Shown: positions 49,226 to 62,205 of the stretch, one piece after another
Layout of the letters: each line of letters begins with the position of its first letter
How positions within the stretch are numbered: position 1 is the stretch's first letter
Origin: Malacoraja senta
Taxonomy: Eukaryota
Length of the DNA: 64,000 nucleotides
NCBI GenBank assembly: GCA_038087875.1
Contig: JAXLNO010004831.1
Span: 1-64,000, forward strand
Direction: 5' to 3'
The notes under the pieces: generated by a model
Database searches by the model: none
Told to the model about the DNA's origin: nothing
Seen by the model: only the letters and a program-made list of their open reading frames with translations
Translations under genes and position numbers: made by a program

Positions 49226-50036
49226 GTTCTACGACGTGGGTATCAGTAAATTGTCTGGCAACGTGCCTCTTAGATGGAGCCAGTGGGTAGGAAGTGCAAG
49301 TGAAAGATAAATATTGTACCAGTGTCCTCTATCCACAGTCATATAGATATTCAGGAAATGGAGGGATATGTATCTTGGTCTTATGTTTAGCATTGACCTT
49401 GTGCCTGAAGTGTCTGTTGCTGTGCTGATCAGAAACCCAATCAGATTCTCTATTTGCCTCTATTACTCCTTGGGATGGTGACATCCAATTTCCAACAGTT
49501 CTCTGGTTGAAGAACTTCTTCCTCCCATTCCCTCTTGGAATATTTAGTGTTATTATTCAGCTGAGATTCATGAACAAGTAGAAGCAATCATGTCTACAGT
49601 ATCAATCCCAATGGTGAGTTATACTCCTCCATTGGGCCTGCATTCCCCTTACATCTGCGCTGTCAGTTCAAGTCTGGAGCTAAGATAAGGAGCATGTCAG
49701 TGATATTAAAACTAAATGTTTTGTTGTTTTGCCAGAAATGCAAAATGAAAAGAGAAAAGGCTGTAAACTTTGTGCAAGATAGAACTGCAGATGATGGTTT
49801 ACACCGAAGATAGAAGATGTTGGAGTAACTCAGTGGGTCAGATAGCATCTCTGGGCATTCCTTCTCTCCAGAGATGCTGCCTGACCTGCTGAGTTATTCC
49901 AGCATTTTGGGTCTAGGCTGGAAACTTTGTTCAGCTGGAGAAAAAACTGATTGGGAAAGAGGTGAGTTGCAGTGATCTTACAATTGAAGGCTTTTGTTCA
50001 TGTCTTCACTGATTCTGACGCTTCCTACACTTGCAG

Positions 50037-50309
50037 AAACCCCTGAGGTGTTTATTGGGATTAAACGTGATGGGTCACAATCACTGAGACTCTCCTGCCT
50101 TGTCACAGGCTTCTACCCACGGGCCATCGATGTAACGTGGCTGAGAGATGGTGAGGGAGACCACGAGTCTGAATCCAGTGATCTGTTGCCCAATTGGGAT
50201 GGGACTTATCAGCTGAAGAATACAATTCAACTGAGTAGAGAAGATGTGGCAAAATTCTCCTGTTACATTGAACATGCAACTCTGCTGCAGGGAGTCAATG
50301 TTCCACAGG
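50037..50309 (+). CDS. MHC class I alpha3 (Ig C1-set) exon
   Basis: TTGCAG/GTAAGT bounded, 273 bp; LSCLVTGFYPRAIDVTWLRDG...LPNWDGTYQL...FSCYIEH C1-set motifs. Confidence 0.95.
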
Positions 50310-51049
50310 GTAAGTGGCAAGTCAATGAGGCTGATCACTTGAGAGAATAAACCTCCTGGACTGAGATAACAGCCTCAACACACTCTTAACTAAGCAGTGC
50401 ATTTAGATTTTAGACTTTAGAGATATGGTGCAGATACAGGCCCCTCAGCTCACTGAGTCCTCGCTGAACAGTGATCATCCCGTACATTTACACTAACCAA
50501 CACACTGGGGACAATTTACAATTTTACCTAAGCCAAGTAACCTTCAAGCCTGTATGCCTTTGGAGTGTGGGAGGAAACCGGAGCACCCGGAGAAAACCCA
50601 CGCAGTCACAGGGAGAACATACAATGTCCTTGCAGACAGCACCTGTAGTCTGGATCAAACCCAGGTCTCTGGTGCAGTAAGGCAGCAGCTCTACCGCTAC
50701 GCCACTGTGCCACACATTATTAATTTGTGGTTATCTAATTGCCCAGAATTATTGATAGTCAATGGAATGTGGTTTAATTTAAGAGATACAGCGCAGAAAC
50801 CGGCCCTTTGGCCCACGAGTCTGCGTCAACCAGCGATCCCTGCACACTTACATTATCTTACTTATTAGGGGACAATTTACAATTATACCAAGCCAATTAA
50901 CCTACAAACCTCTATGTCTTTGGACTGAGGGAGGAAACCGGAGATCCAGGCAAAACCCACGCAGGTCCGGGGGAGAAGGTACAAAACTCTGTACAGACGG
51001 GACCCGTAGTCAGAATTGAACCGGGTCTCTGGCGCTGTAAGGCAGCAGT

Positions 51050-51860
51050 TCCACTAAGTGGGCAAAGCAGAGCCAAATGGAATACAGTGTAGCAAGTGTC
51101 TGGTTTTACATTTTGGCAGTCGGAATAAAGACATAGACTATTTACTAAATGGGGAGAGAATTCAGAAATCTGAGCTACAAAGTGGGAGTAGTAGTGCAGG
51201 ATTCCCAAATAGTTCATTTGCAGATTGAGTCAGTGGTAAGTAAGGCAAATGCAATGCCAGCATTCATTTCGGGGGGACTAGAATATAAAAACAATGATAT
51301 AATGCTGAGGATTTATCGGGCACTGGTGAAGACACATTTGGAATATTGTGAGCAGTTTTGGGCTCCATATTAGAAAGGATGTGCTGGCTTTGGAGAGGGT
51401 CCAGAGGAAGTATGTCCTGGGGATGATTGATTTAACGTATGAGGAACGTTTGAAGTCTCTGGGCTTCTACTCGTGGGAATTTAGAAGGATGAGGGGAAAA
51501 TCTCTGAAACCTACCAGTTAATGAAAGTCCCAGTTAGTGGATGTGGATAGGATGTTTTCAGTAATGGGAGAGTCTAGCACAGCCTCACAATAAAAATACG
51601 TACTTTCAAAATGGAGATGAGGAGGAATTTCTTTAGTCACAGGGTGGTGAATCTGTGGAATTCATTGATACAGACAGCTGTGTGGGTCAAGTCATTGCAT
51701 ATTTTAAAGCACAGAATGATAGGTTCTTGATTAGTACGGGTGCCAAAAGTTACAGGGAGAAGGCTGGAGAATGGGATTCAGAGGTAAAAATAGATCTGCC
51801 ATGACTGAATGGTGGAGTAGACTCAATGGACTGAAAGGCCTACTTCTGCTCCAATGGTAA
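51050..51860 (+). mobile_element. Degraded CR1 LINE 3' fragment in an MHC intron
   Basis: ANAMPAFISGGLEYK...YRALVKTHLEYCEQFWAP; CR1 tail. Confidence 0.8.
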
Positions 51861-52399
51861 AAATTATTCTTATGTCACCCTTAACTCACACATCCAAATG
51901 TAGGAAGCAAGGTAGGCTGATCCTGGCCAAGGTCTCTTATCTTATTTCTTGGGCATCTAGCTAATTTTTTAATAGTAGTTAGTTGCACAAAAGGCCAATA
52001 GTGGTGCCACATCCAACCCCATTATCAGTCTGAAGTAGCAGCACCTGTTCTGTAGCTGACTTATTTGTTCCAGTCAAGACCTCTGCAAATATCTTCACAC
52101 CAGGGCCAAGATGACATGGTTAAAATTGCTGGTCAGTACAAATAGACAGTAGTGTTAATGTCTGAGTGTGCGTGTGTGTGTGTGTGTGTCCGCTCATGCG
52201 TGTGAGACAGAGAGAGGGGGAGGGGGAGGGAGAGAAAGAGAGTGTGTGTGTGTGAGAATATCAAACTCTCAGATATTGAAATATCAGCAAAGTTTAAAAC
52301 CTTTGAAGTTTTATCAACTATAAATGGGTTCACTTTTATTTGCTAAAATAACAATGGTCAACATAAGAAAATAGCCTTGTTGACCTCTACACTGCAAAT

Positions 52400-53250
52400 A
52401 GACCACCAGGGGGCGCTGACCTGTGTGCGGCTGCCCAGCCAGCAGCTGTCTGTCCTTTCACCTTTATTTTTTATTTTAGTCAGTAAAGTGTTTTGTTTTG
52501 GAGGTCTAGACTTTTTTGTGTGGGGGGGGAGGGGGAAACTACCTTTCAGGGTCCCTACCTGGCCGGAGAGGCAGCTTTTCTCCGGGCTGCAGCTTCGACC
52601 CGTCCTCGCGGCCTACCAGCGGGCCTGGAGCGGCGTTTCCTGTCGGGGACCGCCCAGAGCCTCGGCTTCGGCACAGCGCTGGAGCGCTATCGCGGAGCGG
52701 GCGGTGCCTTGCCCGGGTCGCCGCGCTGGAGCTCCGGTGAGCTGAGGATCGCTGGGGAAAACATCGCGGAGCTGCGTGACTGTGGAGCGACCAGCCGCGG
52801 GCGGCGGCGCTGAACTTTACACCGGGAGCCTGGGATCTCTAGATGAGAGCGCCAGTTGTGGAGCTCCAACCGGCGCGGCCTTGTTGGCTTCGGGAAGCCG
52901 CGGCCCCCAGTGCGGAAGCGGCCGTTCCAGGGTTCCGAGGCCGCTGGGAGGACTCTCCCGACGCCGGAGCAACATCACCCGGCGAGAACGACCTGGAACA
53001 TCGGGCCTCCGTAGAGGCAACTGTGGAGGCCTCAATGGGCCCGACTACGGGTGAACTGGGGTTGGGGACTGGACTTTGTGCCTTCCCTCATGGTGGGACC
53101 CATTGTGGGGGGATGTTCAGTGTTAAGACTATCTTGGTGTTGTGTCTGTATTCTCTCTCTTTTTTGTGTGCTGCATAATGGCAAAAAGCATTTCACTTCA
53201 CTACACCCGGGTGTATGTGAATGTGACATAAAATATCTTGTATCTTGAAT
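52400..53250 (+). mobile_element. CpG-rich non-autonomous retroelement with Rex/RTE-like 3' tail
   Basis: GC/CpG-rich body without recognisable protein; ends ATTTCACTTCACTACACCCGGGTGTATGTGAATGTGACATAAAATATCTTGTATCTTG. Confidence 0.55.
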
Positions 53251-53503
53251 CTTTATTTATGACATATGTTTGATTCTTTAAATTCATAATTAAATGCTGC
53301 AGATAAAATCTCAACGCTAATATGAACTTCAAAGATTTTTCATTGATCTATTTAAACATCCATCGTCTGGACAATTACATAAATCTAAGACTTTGTTACT
53401 TTTTATTTAGATGTGAACAATGCTAGTTTAATGTAGATAATAAAATCATTTCAAAGTCGTAATTGATCAATAAATGTTTAAAATGAACTATATATGCCAA
53501 CAG

Positions 53504-53730
53504 AGATGGCAGCGAAAGAAGATATAAAGATTAGGATCGTGACTGGAGCTGTAATCGTTCCTCTCATTCTCCTGGGGATCATCCTTGGAATTGGTTGCTG
53601 GAAGAAGAGGAAAAAGATAAAACCTTTCAATGAACAGGGACCAGCTGACAACAGCAGAGACCAGGAGAGGACTGCAGTGACCATGAAGCACAATCAACTT
53701 CCATTGGGATGCAGAGGTCTACCGGAATGA
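53504..53730 (+). CDS. MHC class I connecting peptide, transmembrane and cytoplasmic tail (single exon, stop at 53728-53730)
   Basis: CAG acceptor in phase 1 with alpha3; IVTGAVIVPLILLGIILGIGCW hydrophobic span, KKRKK stop-transfer motif, tail ending LPE*. Confidence 0.85.
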
Positions 53731-54307
53731 TGCCTGGATTAGTGGGGTATTAGCCACAGGGAGAAGTTGGACAGACTGGACAGTTGGATTGTTTTCTCTG
53801 GAATGTCGGGGATTGAGGGGAGACCTGACAGTAATATATCAAACTGGGAGGAGTAGAGATAGGGTAGACCATCAGACTTTTTACCCAAGAAGGAAATATC
53901 AAACAAGAGCAGGTATAGCTTTACAATGAGTGGCAAAGTTAAAAAAAAGATGTGCAGGACAAGTGTTTTACGCCAAGGGTGGTGAGTGACTGGAATGTGC
54001 TGCCGGGGTGGTGGTGGAAGCAGATATGATAGTGGCATTTAAGAGACGTTTAGATAGGCACATGTATATGCAGGGTATGGATGGATATGGATTATGTGCA
54101 AGCAGATAACAATTGGTCTTGGCATCATGTTCGGCACAAACATTGTGGGTCAAAGGGCCTGTTCTTGTGCTGTACTGTTCTATGTTCTATGCTCTTTATT
54201 GTATCAATGCTGACTGATGGCTTTACATTCAGCCATTAATTTTTCAAGTGCTGTCTTCACTGCAGTTACCCTGTGATTCCAAAGTCATACATTGCGCCAC
54301 ATTTTGG

Positions 54308-54313
54308 AATAAA
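54308..54313 (+). terminator. Candidate polyadenylation signal of the MHC gene
   Basis: First AATAAA noticed downstream of the stop codon; unverified. Confidence 0.3.
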
Positions 54314-54469
54314 AGGTCGCCCATTTGATTGATTGATACTTTATTACCATATGTGTCATGTCACAGTGAAATTCTTTGTTTTGCATGACATACAACGAGT
54401 CACCATGTATAGGGTGTTGACACAGTTACAAAGTAATCATTACAGTCCCCAATGGTCCCTCTTTGTTCT

Positions 54470-54625
54470 CGGCAGCCCCTCCATGTTGGGTTCACCTGTG
54501 TTATCAACGGCCCCCCAACCCCGGGACCATCTTTGTTCTCGGCAGCCACTCCATGTTGGGTTCACCTGTATTATCAGCCCCCCCCCCACCCCGAGACCCT
54601 CTTTGTTCTCGGCAGTCCTCCCTTG
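54470..54625. repeat. ~70-bp tandem repeat (~2.3 copies) within a minus-strand LINE-tail element (~54325-54650)
   Basis: CTTTGTTCTCGGCAG occurs three times. Confidence 0.75.
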
Positions 54626-57494
54626 CCAGGTTCTTCTTTAAAATAGCTACGAAGAAGATTTATTTTCCAGGAGGTGTATGATTTGCCTGAACATTCTATT
54701 CCAGTTGTGAAGATAAGGTGAATTAATATTTTCCAGGTTGAGATATAGAGAGTTTTAGATCAGAAATGAATCAAAGATTGCAGAAATAATGCAGTAAACT
54801 GATCGAAATCAGATTGGACACAATGTTATTGAATGATGCAGTCTGTTCAAGGGGGCTTACAGCTGATTATTAATCTTATTTTATATAAAACATAAAAATG
54901 TTCATCTCAGGAAGAGGCCCTTTGGCCCACAATGTCTGTGGTGAACATGATGAGATGCTAAACTGATCCCATCCAACTGCAACATGATCCATATCCCTCT
55001 ATTTCCTGCAGATCAGTTTGTCAATCTAAAAGCCTCTCAAACATCATATACATATCTTGCCTGAGATAGACACAAAAAGCTGGAGAAACTCACCGGATCA
55101 GACAGCATCTCTGGATACAAGACATAGGTGACATTTCGGGATGAGACCCTTGTTCAGACTCCAGAAATGCTGTTTGACCCGCTGAGTTACTCTAGCTTTT
55201 TGAGCCTATCTTTGGTTTAAACCTGCATCTGCAGTTCGTTCCTAGTTATTTTGCCACTTCTCTTTGTCACATACTGTAAGCTGCATTCCTTGTTCACATA
55301 CCTGATGGTGTAGTGGAGAAGTAATTGCCTTTGCATTTAATGCTTCACTCAGTGCTTCAAGTATTTGATGGGCCAGTCAACAAGGATCTTTGTTTTCAAT
55401 ACGAACCACACTCTACACCACAGCTTACATAATATTGCTTAGTTTAGTTGAGTTATACAGCATGGATGCAGAGCCTTCAGCTCATCGAGTTGATACCAAC
55501 CATCCAACACACCAGTTCTATGTTATCCCTCTTTCACATCTGCTTTCCATACACTAGAGCAATTTTACAAAAGCCAACTCACCTACAAACCTGTACATCA
55601 TTGAGATGTGCGAGGAAACCGGAGTACCGGGAGAAATCCCACGTGGTCACAGGGAGAACATGCAAACTCCACATAGACAACATCCCAGTACCATGTCCAG
55701 TGAATATTTATGGAACATGGTAACGTATGGGGGCTGTGTTTTGTTGACCTGACAGAGCACTGGGAACAATACTCATTATCAAAGATGTGGTGTAATAGCT
55801 GTGGAAGTGTTTTATGTGCAACAGACCGAGAATGTCATTGTATATCCACCAGTGTCATTTCTGAATTATGAGCATTTAATAAAATACTTTTGAATGAGTT
55901 TTACCAAGACGTTAGCATGCTACACTGAGCTATATACTTGTTTTGTCATTGTTAATACTACAGACAGCTATTTACTCAATCATAAGTTCATAAGATCATA
56001 AGTGATAGGAACAGAATTAGGCCATTCGTCCCATCTACTTAGCTGTAAGGAGACACACTCTCTACAGTAACTTTCTCACATGACTGAACTTTGAGGATCA
56101 GTTTGCACATGATATGTTTGAGAGCTATTTCCATTTACTGGGAGACATGACAGCCTAGCCTGAACTAGACTGCATGTTACTCCATAGTTAAGGGCGAGAA
56201 CAAGGCTTTTTGTCTGTCAGTCTGATATTGATTACAGTTGAATTCAGGAAACCCAATACCAAGCACAGCCTTTCACGAGGAAAAGCAAACAAATTGTGGC
56301 ATTTACTTCAAGAAATACTCACTCTCCCTATTGGACAATGTTAATGAATTCTGTTTCAAACAATGAGTTCAAACCATGCTAAACAAGTCCAAATCATTCT
56401 TAATGTAAACAAAGGAACTGCAGATGCTGGTTTCAGCCGAAGATAGACACAACATGTTGTAGTAACTCACAGGCACAGGCAGCAGCTCTGGATGGAAGGA
56501 ATGGGTGATGTTTTGGGTTGAGATCCATTGGGGGGGAAAAATCCTCCTGGCCTATGTGTAAATCGCATGTCAATGAGAATGAAGATGTTGACTGTGAAAT
56601 GGGAGTCAGTGGGATTTGGATGGAAATGTGAACTTATAAAATTTAAAAGTAGTCTATTGGATCTGAACACATCTTGGTCTGAAGTAGGGTCTCGACCCAC
56701 AATGTCACCCATTCCTTCTCTCTAGAGATACTGCCTGTGAGTTACTCCAGCATTTTGTGTCTGTCTTCCATGTAAACTGGCAGTTCCTTCCAGCACATTT
56801 GGTATGTGAATCAGTATTGTGTGAATGGCTAATATTTTGAATGGGGATGTTCTTCAGAATGGTGTTGGTGGGTGCATTTTTGAATGGGGTATGTGATTCA
56901 GAATGGTGTGAATGGAGGAATTTTTGAACGGGGCATGTGATTCAAAATGGTGTGAACAGATCAAGCTTATCAATGACAGCTACATTTATGCAATTAATCT
57001 ATATTTATCATATCTAATTTTATAACATAAATATGAACTTCAAATTGAATTAATTACGTTCCACCCTGTTACTTGATCTTTTAGATAGTTGAGAAGATAT
57101 TGAAAGAGTGCCTTGTTCACTCAAGAACCCAGGCAATAGTGGACAGTTTATCAGCAAACACTTGGCCCAGTGCCCGAGGTGCTCCAGTCACTAAGTGATG
57201 GAAATGTATTTGTCATTCCACAAATCTCACATTGTGTAAGAGGTTGGGGCTGGAGTCTCAGCCCAACAGATCAGTCAGAAGAGGTACAGGTACAGAGGCA
57301 GGGTGAATGTGTGCTTTGTAGACTATCAGATACAGAATATTACAGGTCAGGAACTCACCCTTTGGCCCACAATGTACATGCCGAATGTAATGCCAAGATA
57401 AACTGACCTAGTCGAATGCAAACAGAAATTTTACATTAGATGAACACTTTCACATCATACAACCCATCTCCAATGAAAATTATCTCCTTCCTTC

Positions 57495-59040
57495 CATGAC
57501 TTTTAAACATAGAAACATAAGTGCAGGAGGAGGCCATTCGGCCCTTCGAGCCAGCACCGCCATTCATTATGATCATGGCTGATCGTCCCCTATCAATAAC
57601 CCATGCCTGCCTTGTCCCCATATCCCTTGACTCCACTAGCCCCTAGAGCTCTATCTAACTCTCTCTTAAATCCATCCCGTGATTTGGCCTCCACTGCCCT
57701 CTGTGGCAGGGAATTCCAAAAATTCACAACTCTCTGGGTGAAAAAGATTTTTTTCACCTCTGTCTTAAATGACCTCCCCTTTATTCTAAGACTGTGGCCA
57801 CTGGTTTAGTTATGGAGTCATGGAGTGATACAGTTTTGGAACAGGCCCTTTGGCCCAACTTGTCCACAACGGCCAACATGTCCCAGCTACACTAGCCCCA
57901 TCTGCCTGCCTTTGGTCCATATCCCTCCAAACCTGTCATATTAATGTACCTGTCTAACTGTTTCTTAAACGAGGGGATAGTCCCAGCCTCAATTACCTCC
58001 TCTGGGAGCTTGTTCCATACACCCACCACACTTTGTGTGAAAAAGTTACCCTTCGGACTCCTATTAAATCTTTTCCCATTGACCTTGAAACTATGTCATC
58101 TGGTCCTCGATTCCCCTACTCTGGGCAAAAGACTCTGTGCATCTACCCGAACTATTCCTCTCATGGTTTTGTATACCTCTTACAAGATCACCCCTCATCC
58201 TCCTGCGCTCCAAGGAATAGAGACCCAGCCTACTCAACCTCTCCCTATAACTCACACCCTCTAGTCCTGGCAACATCCTTGTAAATATTTTCTGACCAGT
58301 TTCAACCTTCACAATATATTTCCTATAACATGGTGCCCAGAACTGAACACAATATTCTAAATGCGGTCTCACCAACGTCTTATACGACTGCAACATGACC
58401 TCCCAACTTCTGTACTCATTATTCTGACTGATGAAGGACAATGTGCCAAAAGCCTTTTTGACCACCTTATCTACCTGTGACTCGACATTTAAGGAACCTT
58501 GCACTTGTACTCCTAGATCCCACTCCTCTCAACACTCCCCAGAGACCGACCATTTACTGTGTTAGACGTCCCAAAAAGCAACACCTCACACTTCTCTGTA
58601 TTAAATTCCATCAACCATTCCTCGGCCCACTGGCCAATCGATCCAGATCCTGCTGCAATCGTTCACAACCATTGTCTACCTGCAATCATTCAGAACCATC
58701 TTCACTATCTGCAAAACCACTCACTTGTGTATCATCAGCAAACTCGCTAATCTTGGATAATTATATCATCCAAATCAATTATGTAGATGACAAACAGTAA
58801 CGGGCCCAGCACCGAACCCTGAGTCACACCACTAGTCACACGCCTCCAATCAGTGAAGCAACCTTCCACCATCATCCTCTGCTTCCTTCCATGGAGCCAT
58901 TTGCTATCCATTCAGCTATCTCTCCTTGGATCTCATGTGATCAAATCTTCCAGAGCAGCCTACCATGCGGAGCCTTTTCGAATACCTTTCTGAAATCCAT
59001 GTACAAAACATCTACAGCTCTGTAGAGCTTCCACAGCTTG
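57495..59040 (-). mobile_element. CR1 LINE fragments (two copies)
   Basis: VESQVDKVVKKAFGTL...LVRPHLEYCVQFWAP...RRMRGDL (58091-58504); CR1 tails. Confidence 0.85.
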
Positions 59041-59220
59041 AGTTGTGCAAAGTCATGGAGAACACATCTCCGGTCAGTCAGCTAATTTCCATTGTGTTCA
59101 GTGTGTTGGACTGAGGGAAAAAATGGGATTAAGGGATGAGATTCGTTCTCCAGTTGCTGTGATACATTGTAAATGGATCGATTGTAATGTGTACGAAGGA
59201 ACTGCAGATACTGGTTTAAA

Positions 59221-59383
59221 CTGAAGATAGACATAAAAAAGCTGGAGTAACTCAGCGGGGCAGGCAGCATCTCTGGAGAGAAGAATTGAAGAAGGGTCTC
59301 AACCCGAAACGTCACCCATTCCTTCTCTCCAGAGATGCTGCCTGTCCTGCTGAGTTACTCCAGCTTTTTGTGTCTATCTTCAG
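59221..59383. repeat. Palindromic Penelope-derived unit, ~62-bp arms with a hammerhead-like motif in the loop
   Basis: 59221-59283 is nearly the reverse complement of 59322-59383; loop contains TTGAAGAAGGGTCTCAACCCGAAACGTCACC. Confidence 0.85.
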
Positions 59384-61469
59384 ATCTTCAGATCGATTAC
59401 AATCATGTATTGACTTTCTGCTGACTGGTTAGCACACAACAAAAGCTTTTCATTGTAAACAGCTTTCACTGTTTCACAATAAACTAAACTGAACTGAGAC
59501 TATTAATACTTCATACCTGTGCATAAACCTGGGCAAATGAATTTTAAAATAATTCTTGACTATAACCTGCTTATGTATTCAAGTGACAGTGGTTCAATGG
59601 TACTTTATTGTCGCATATACCTGGGTTCAGTGAAATTCCTTTTTGCATACAGTTCTGTCAAACATTTACAATCCACAAGGACAATCATACTTTAGTACAA
59701 GACTACAGGAAATATAGATTGCATTGAGACAATACACAAGAGTTACCACATTTCCACTAACATTTTGCATAAATCAAAACTCCAAAGTTGTAAACAAGGT
59801 AGAGATTTAACTTGACCTTATAACCTATTGCTTTGGTGGCAGCACTGGTTTGGGGCTGCAGGGTTTAGCCCACATTAATTGGTATTAGTGTAAAGTTCAC
59901 AATATCAGGATTAATCTTGCATGGAACAGACACTGGTCCACGGCCCTAACTTGAATCTGACTTTATGAAATAATTGAGCATTGTACACTTGACCTGACAT
60001 TCCTTATCAAGATTACTAGAAGCGACAACCTGCCCAGCCAATGTTACCTCAAAGTGACTATGAGTGTGATGAACATGGATTGACTTGGAACGTTTCCTGA
60101 AAGATCAGCACAGATTGAAATGATAACGCAATCAACTGTTATTCAATGCATAGATTACTTTGCCCAGAGTAGGGGAATCGAGGACCAGAGGACATAGGTT
60201 CAAGGTGAAGGCGAAAAGATTCAATAGGTATCCGAGGGGTACACAACGGGTGGTGGGTTTATGGAACAAGCTGCCATAGGAGGGAGTTGAGGCTGGGACT
60301 ATGCTATTGTTTAAGAAACAGTTGGACGTACATGGATAGGACAGGTTTGGGGGGGATATGGACCAATCGCAGGCAAGTGGGACCGGTGTAGCTGGGACAT
60401 TGGTGGCCGGTGTGGGCGAGTTGGGCCGAAGGACCTGTTTCCAAACTGTATCACTCTATGACTCTATGATATTATTACTAAAATTAATTAACGACAATCA
60501 AGTAGATTGTTTGAAGCTGTTCCCATTCCTTATGCAGATACCAAGTAACCCAATCAAGGTAAATCAATGTTAGGTGCCTGGAAAATGTAGAGTACTCAGT
60601 AATCAAGATCTGGGACTTTAGTGACCTTCCTTCCTTCCTTCCATTATAAAGTCAAAAGTGATTGTCTGCTGTTGATTGCACAATGCTCAATTTCATTTCC
60701 TCGTTTATTCACTGCACCACAAGCTTTAACCAGCGACAAAACACACTGCAGATACGTGTCATCTAGCCCATCAGAACATTCCAAACTCAACATCTCAAGC
60801 ACAAGAACAACAAGGTCAGCAGATGTGTGGGAACCTGACCTGGGATCCATCCTGACTTAGAATTGAATCACCATTTGTTCATAATTGAGTTTGGTTTAGA
60901 GATATGTCATGCCGGCAGTTCAAAATAAACAGGTCGGGAGAGGGTAGAAGGCCGGCACAGGGGGTCACAGAGGAGGGGGAATGTTGGATACGGAGGACGG
61001 TGTTTTCACTGGGAGGTGAGGACTCCTTCCCGTAGAAAAAGGCTCGGAAGCGGAGGCAACTGAAGAAGAGCTCTACATCATGGTAAGCCCTGAACTCGTT
61101 GAAGTGGGGATGTAGGGATACAAAGGTAAGGCCTCTGTTGAAGACTGACTGTTCTGTATCAGAAGGAAGTCGCAGGGGGGGGGAGGATCCCAGACAGCTC
61201 TACCATACATTGTAGGGGCCAATGGCCGAAAGCTGGGACTGCAAACCATGTGAGTTGATGTCTTTGGCCGGCTGGTGGCCGGTGACGAGGCGAGGATCGG
61301 CGGAGTCAATGGGCCCACGAGGGGCTAGAGTACAGGTGAAGGTTGGAGGCAAACATGGCCTGGAAGCTTTGTGGGCCGATGGTGGCATCGGCAACAGTGT
61401 CAGTAGGTCAGGCCTGGAAGCTCCATTAACCATTCTTCAGCCCACTTGTCTCACTGATCAAGATCCAGC

Positions 61470-62205
61470 TGTAATTTTTGATAACTATGTTCACTGTTTA
61501 TGATACCAACTATGTCAATGTCATCTGCAAAGTTTCTAATCATGCTGCACATTTTCATCTAAGTTGCTCATATAAACCATCAGCAATGGGCCCAGCACTG
61601 AACCCTGAGGGACACCTCTAGTCACAGGCCTCCGGTGTGAAAAGCACTTCCACTATCACCCTATGCTTCCTTCCATGAACCTAATTAATTGGTTAGGCAG
61701 CTAGTTCTCCCTGAATGCCATGAGCTCTAATCATCAAGGGCTGCCTACCATGCAGAAACTTATCAAAGGCCTTGCTGAAGACCATATGCACAATGTCTAT
61801 GACCTTATCATCATCAACCTTCTTGGTTACTTTTTCCAAAAACTACCAGATTGGTGAGGCATGATCTCCCATGTCCAAAACCACGCTGACCAGCGCCCGT
61901 CTCTCCAAATGCATATTTATCTTCTCTCTCTGAATCTTCTCCAGTAACTTACCTACCGCAGATTGTAGGCCCACTGATTTATAGTTTCTAGGTTTTGCCC
62001 TGTAGTCCTTCTTAAATAGATGCACAACAATTGCCAACCTCCAGTTATCCGGCACCTCACCCATGTCTAACAATGATTCATATCTCTCAGTCAGGGCGCT
62101 TGCAATTTCTTCTCTAGCTCCCCACATTGTCCTCTGATATATGTGATCAGGTCTGGGTGAATTATCTACTTTCATATGTCTTAGGATTTCCAGCACATCA
62201 TGTAG
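61470..62205 (-). mobile_element. Degraded CR1 LINE RT fragment
   Basis: VPDNWRLAIVVHLFKKD.R.KPRNYKSV.L.S.VGKLLEKI (61843-62196). Confidence 0.8.

Noticed and set aside
52377-53178. Overlapping GC-rich ORFs (also 40156-40700 and 61073-61503)
   Set aside because: Open in several frames because of high GC, inside repeat-like elements, with no domain motifs or splice context.
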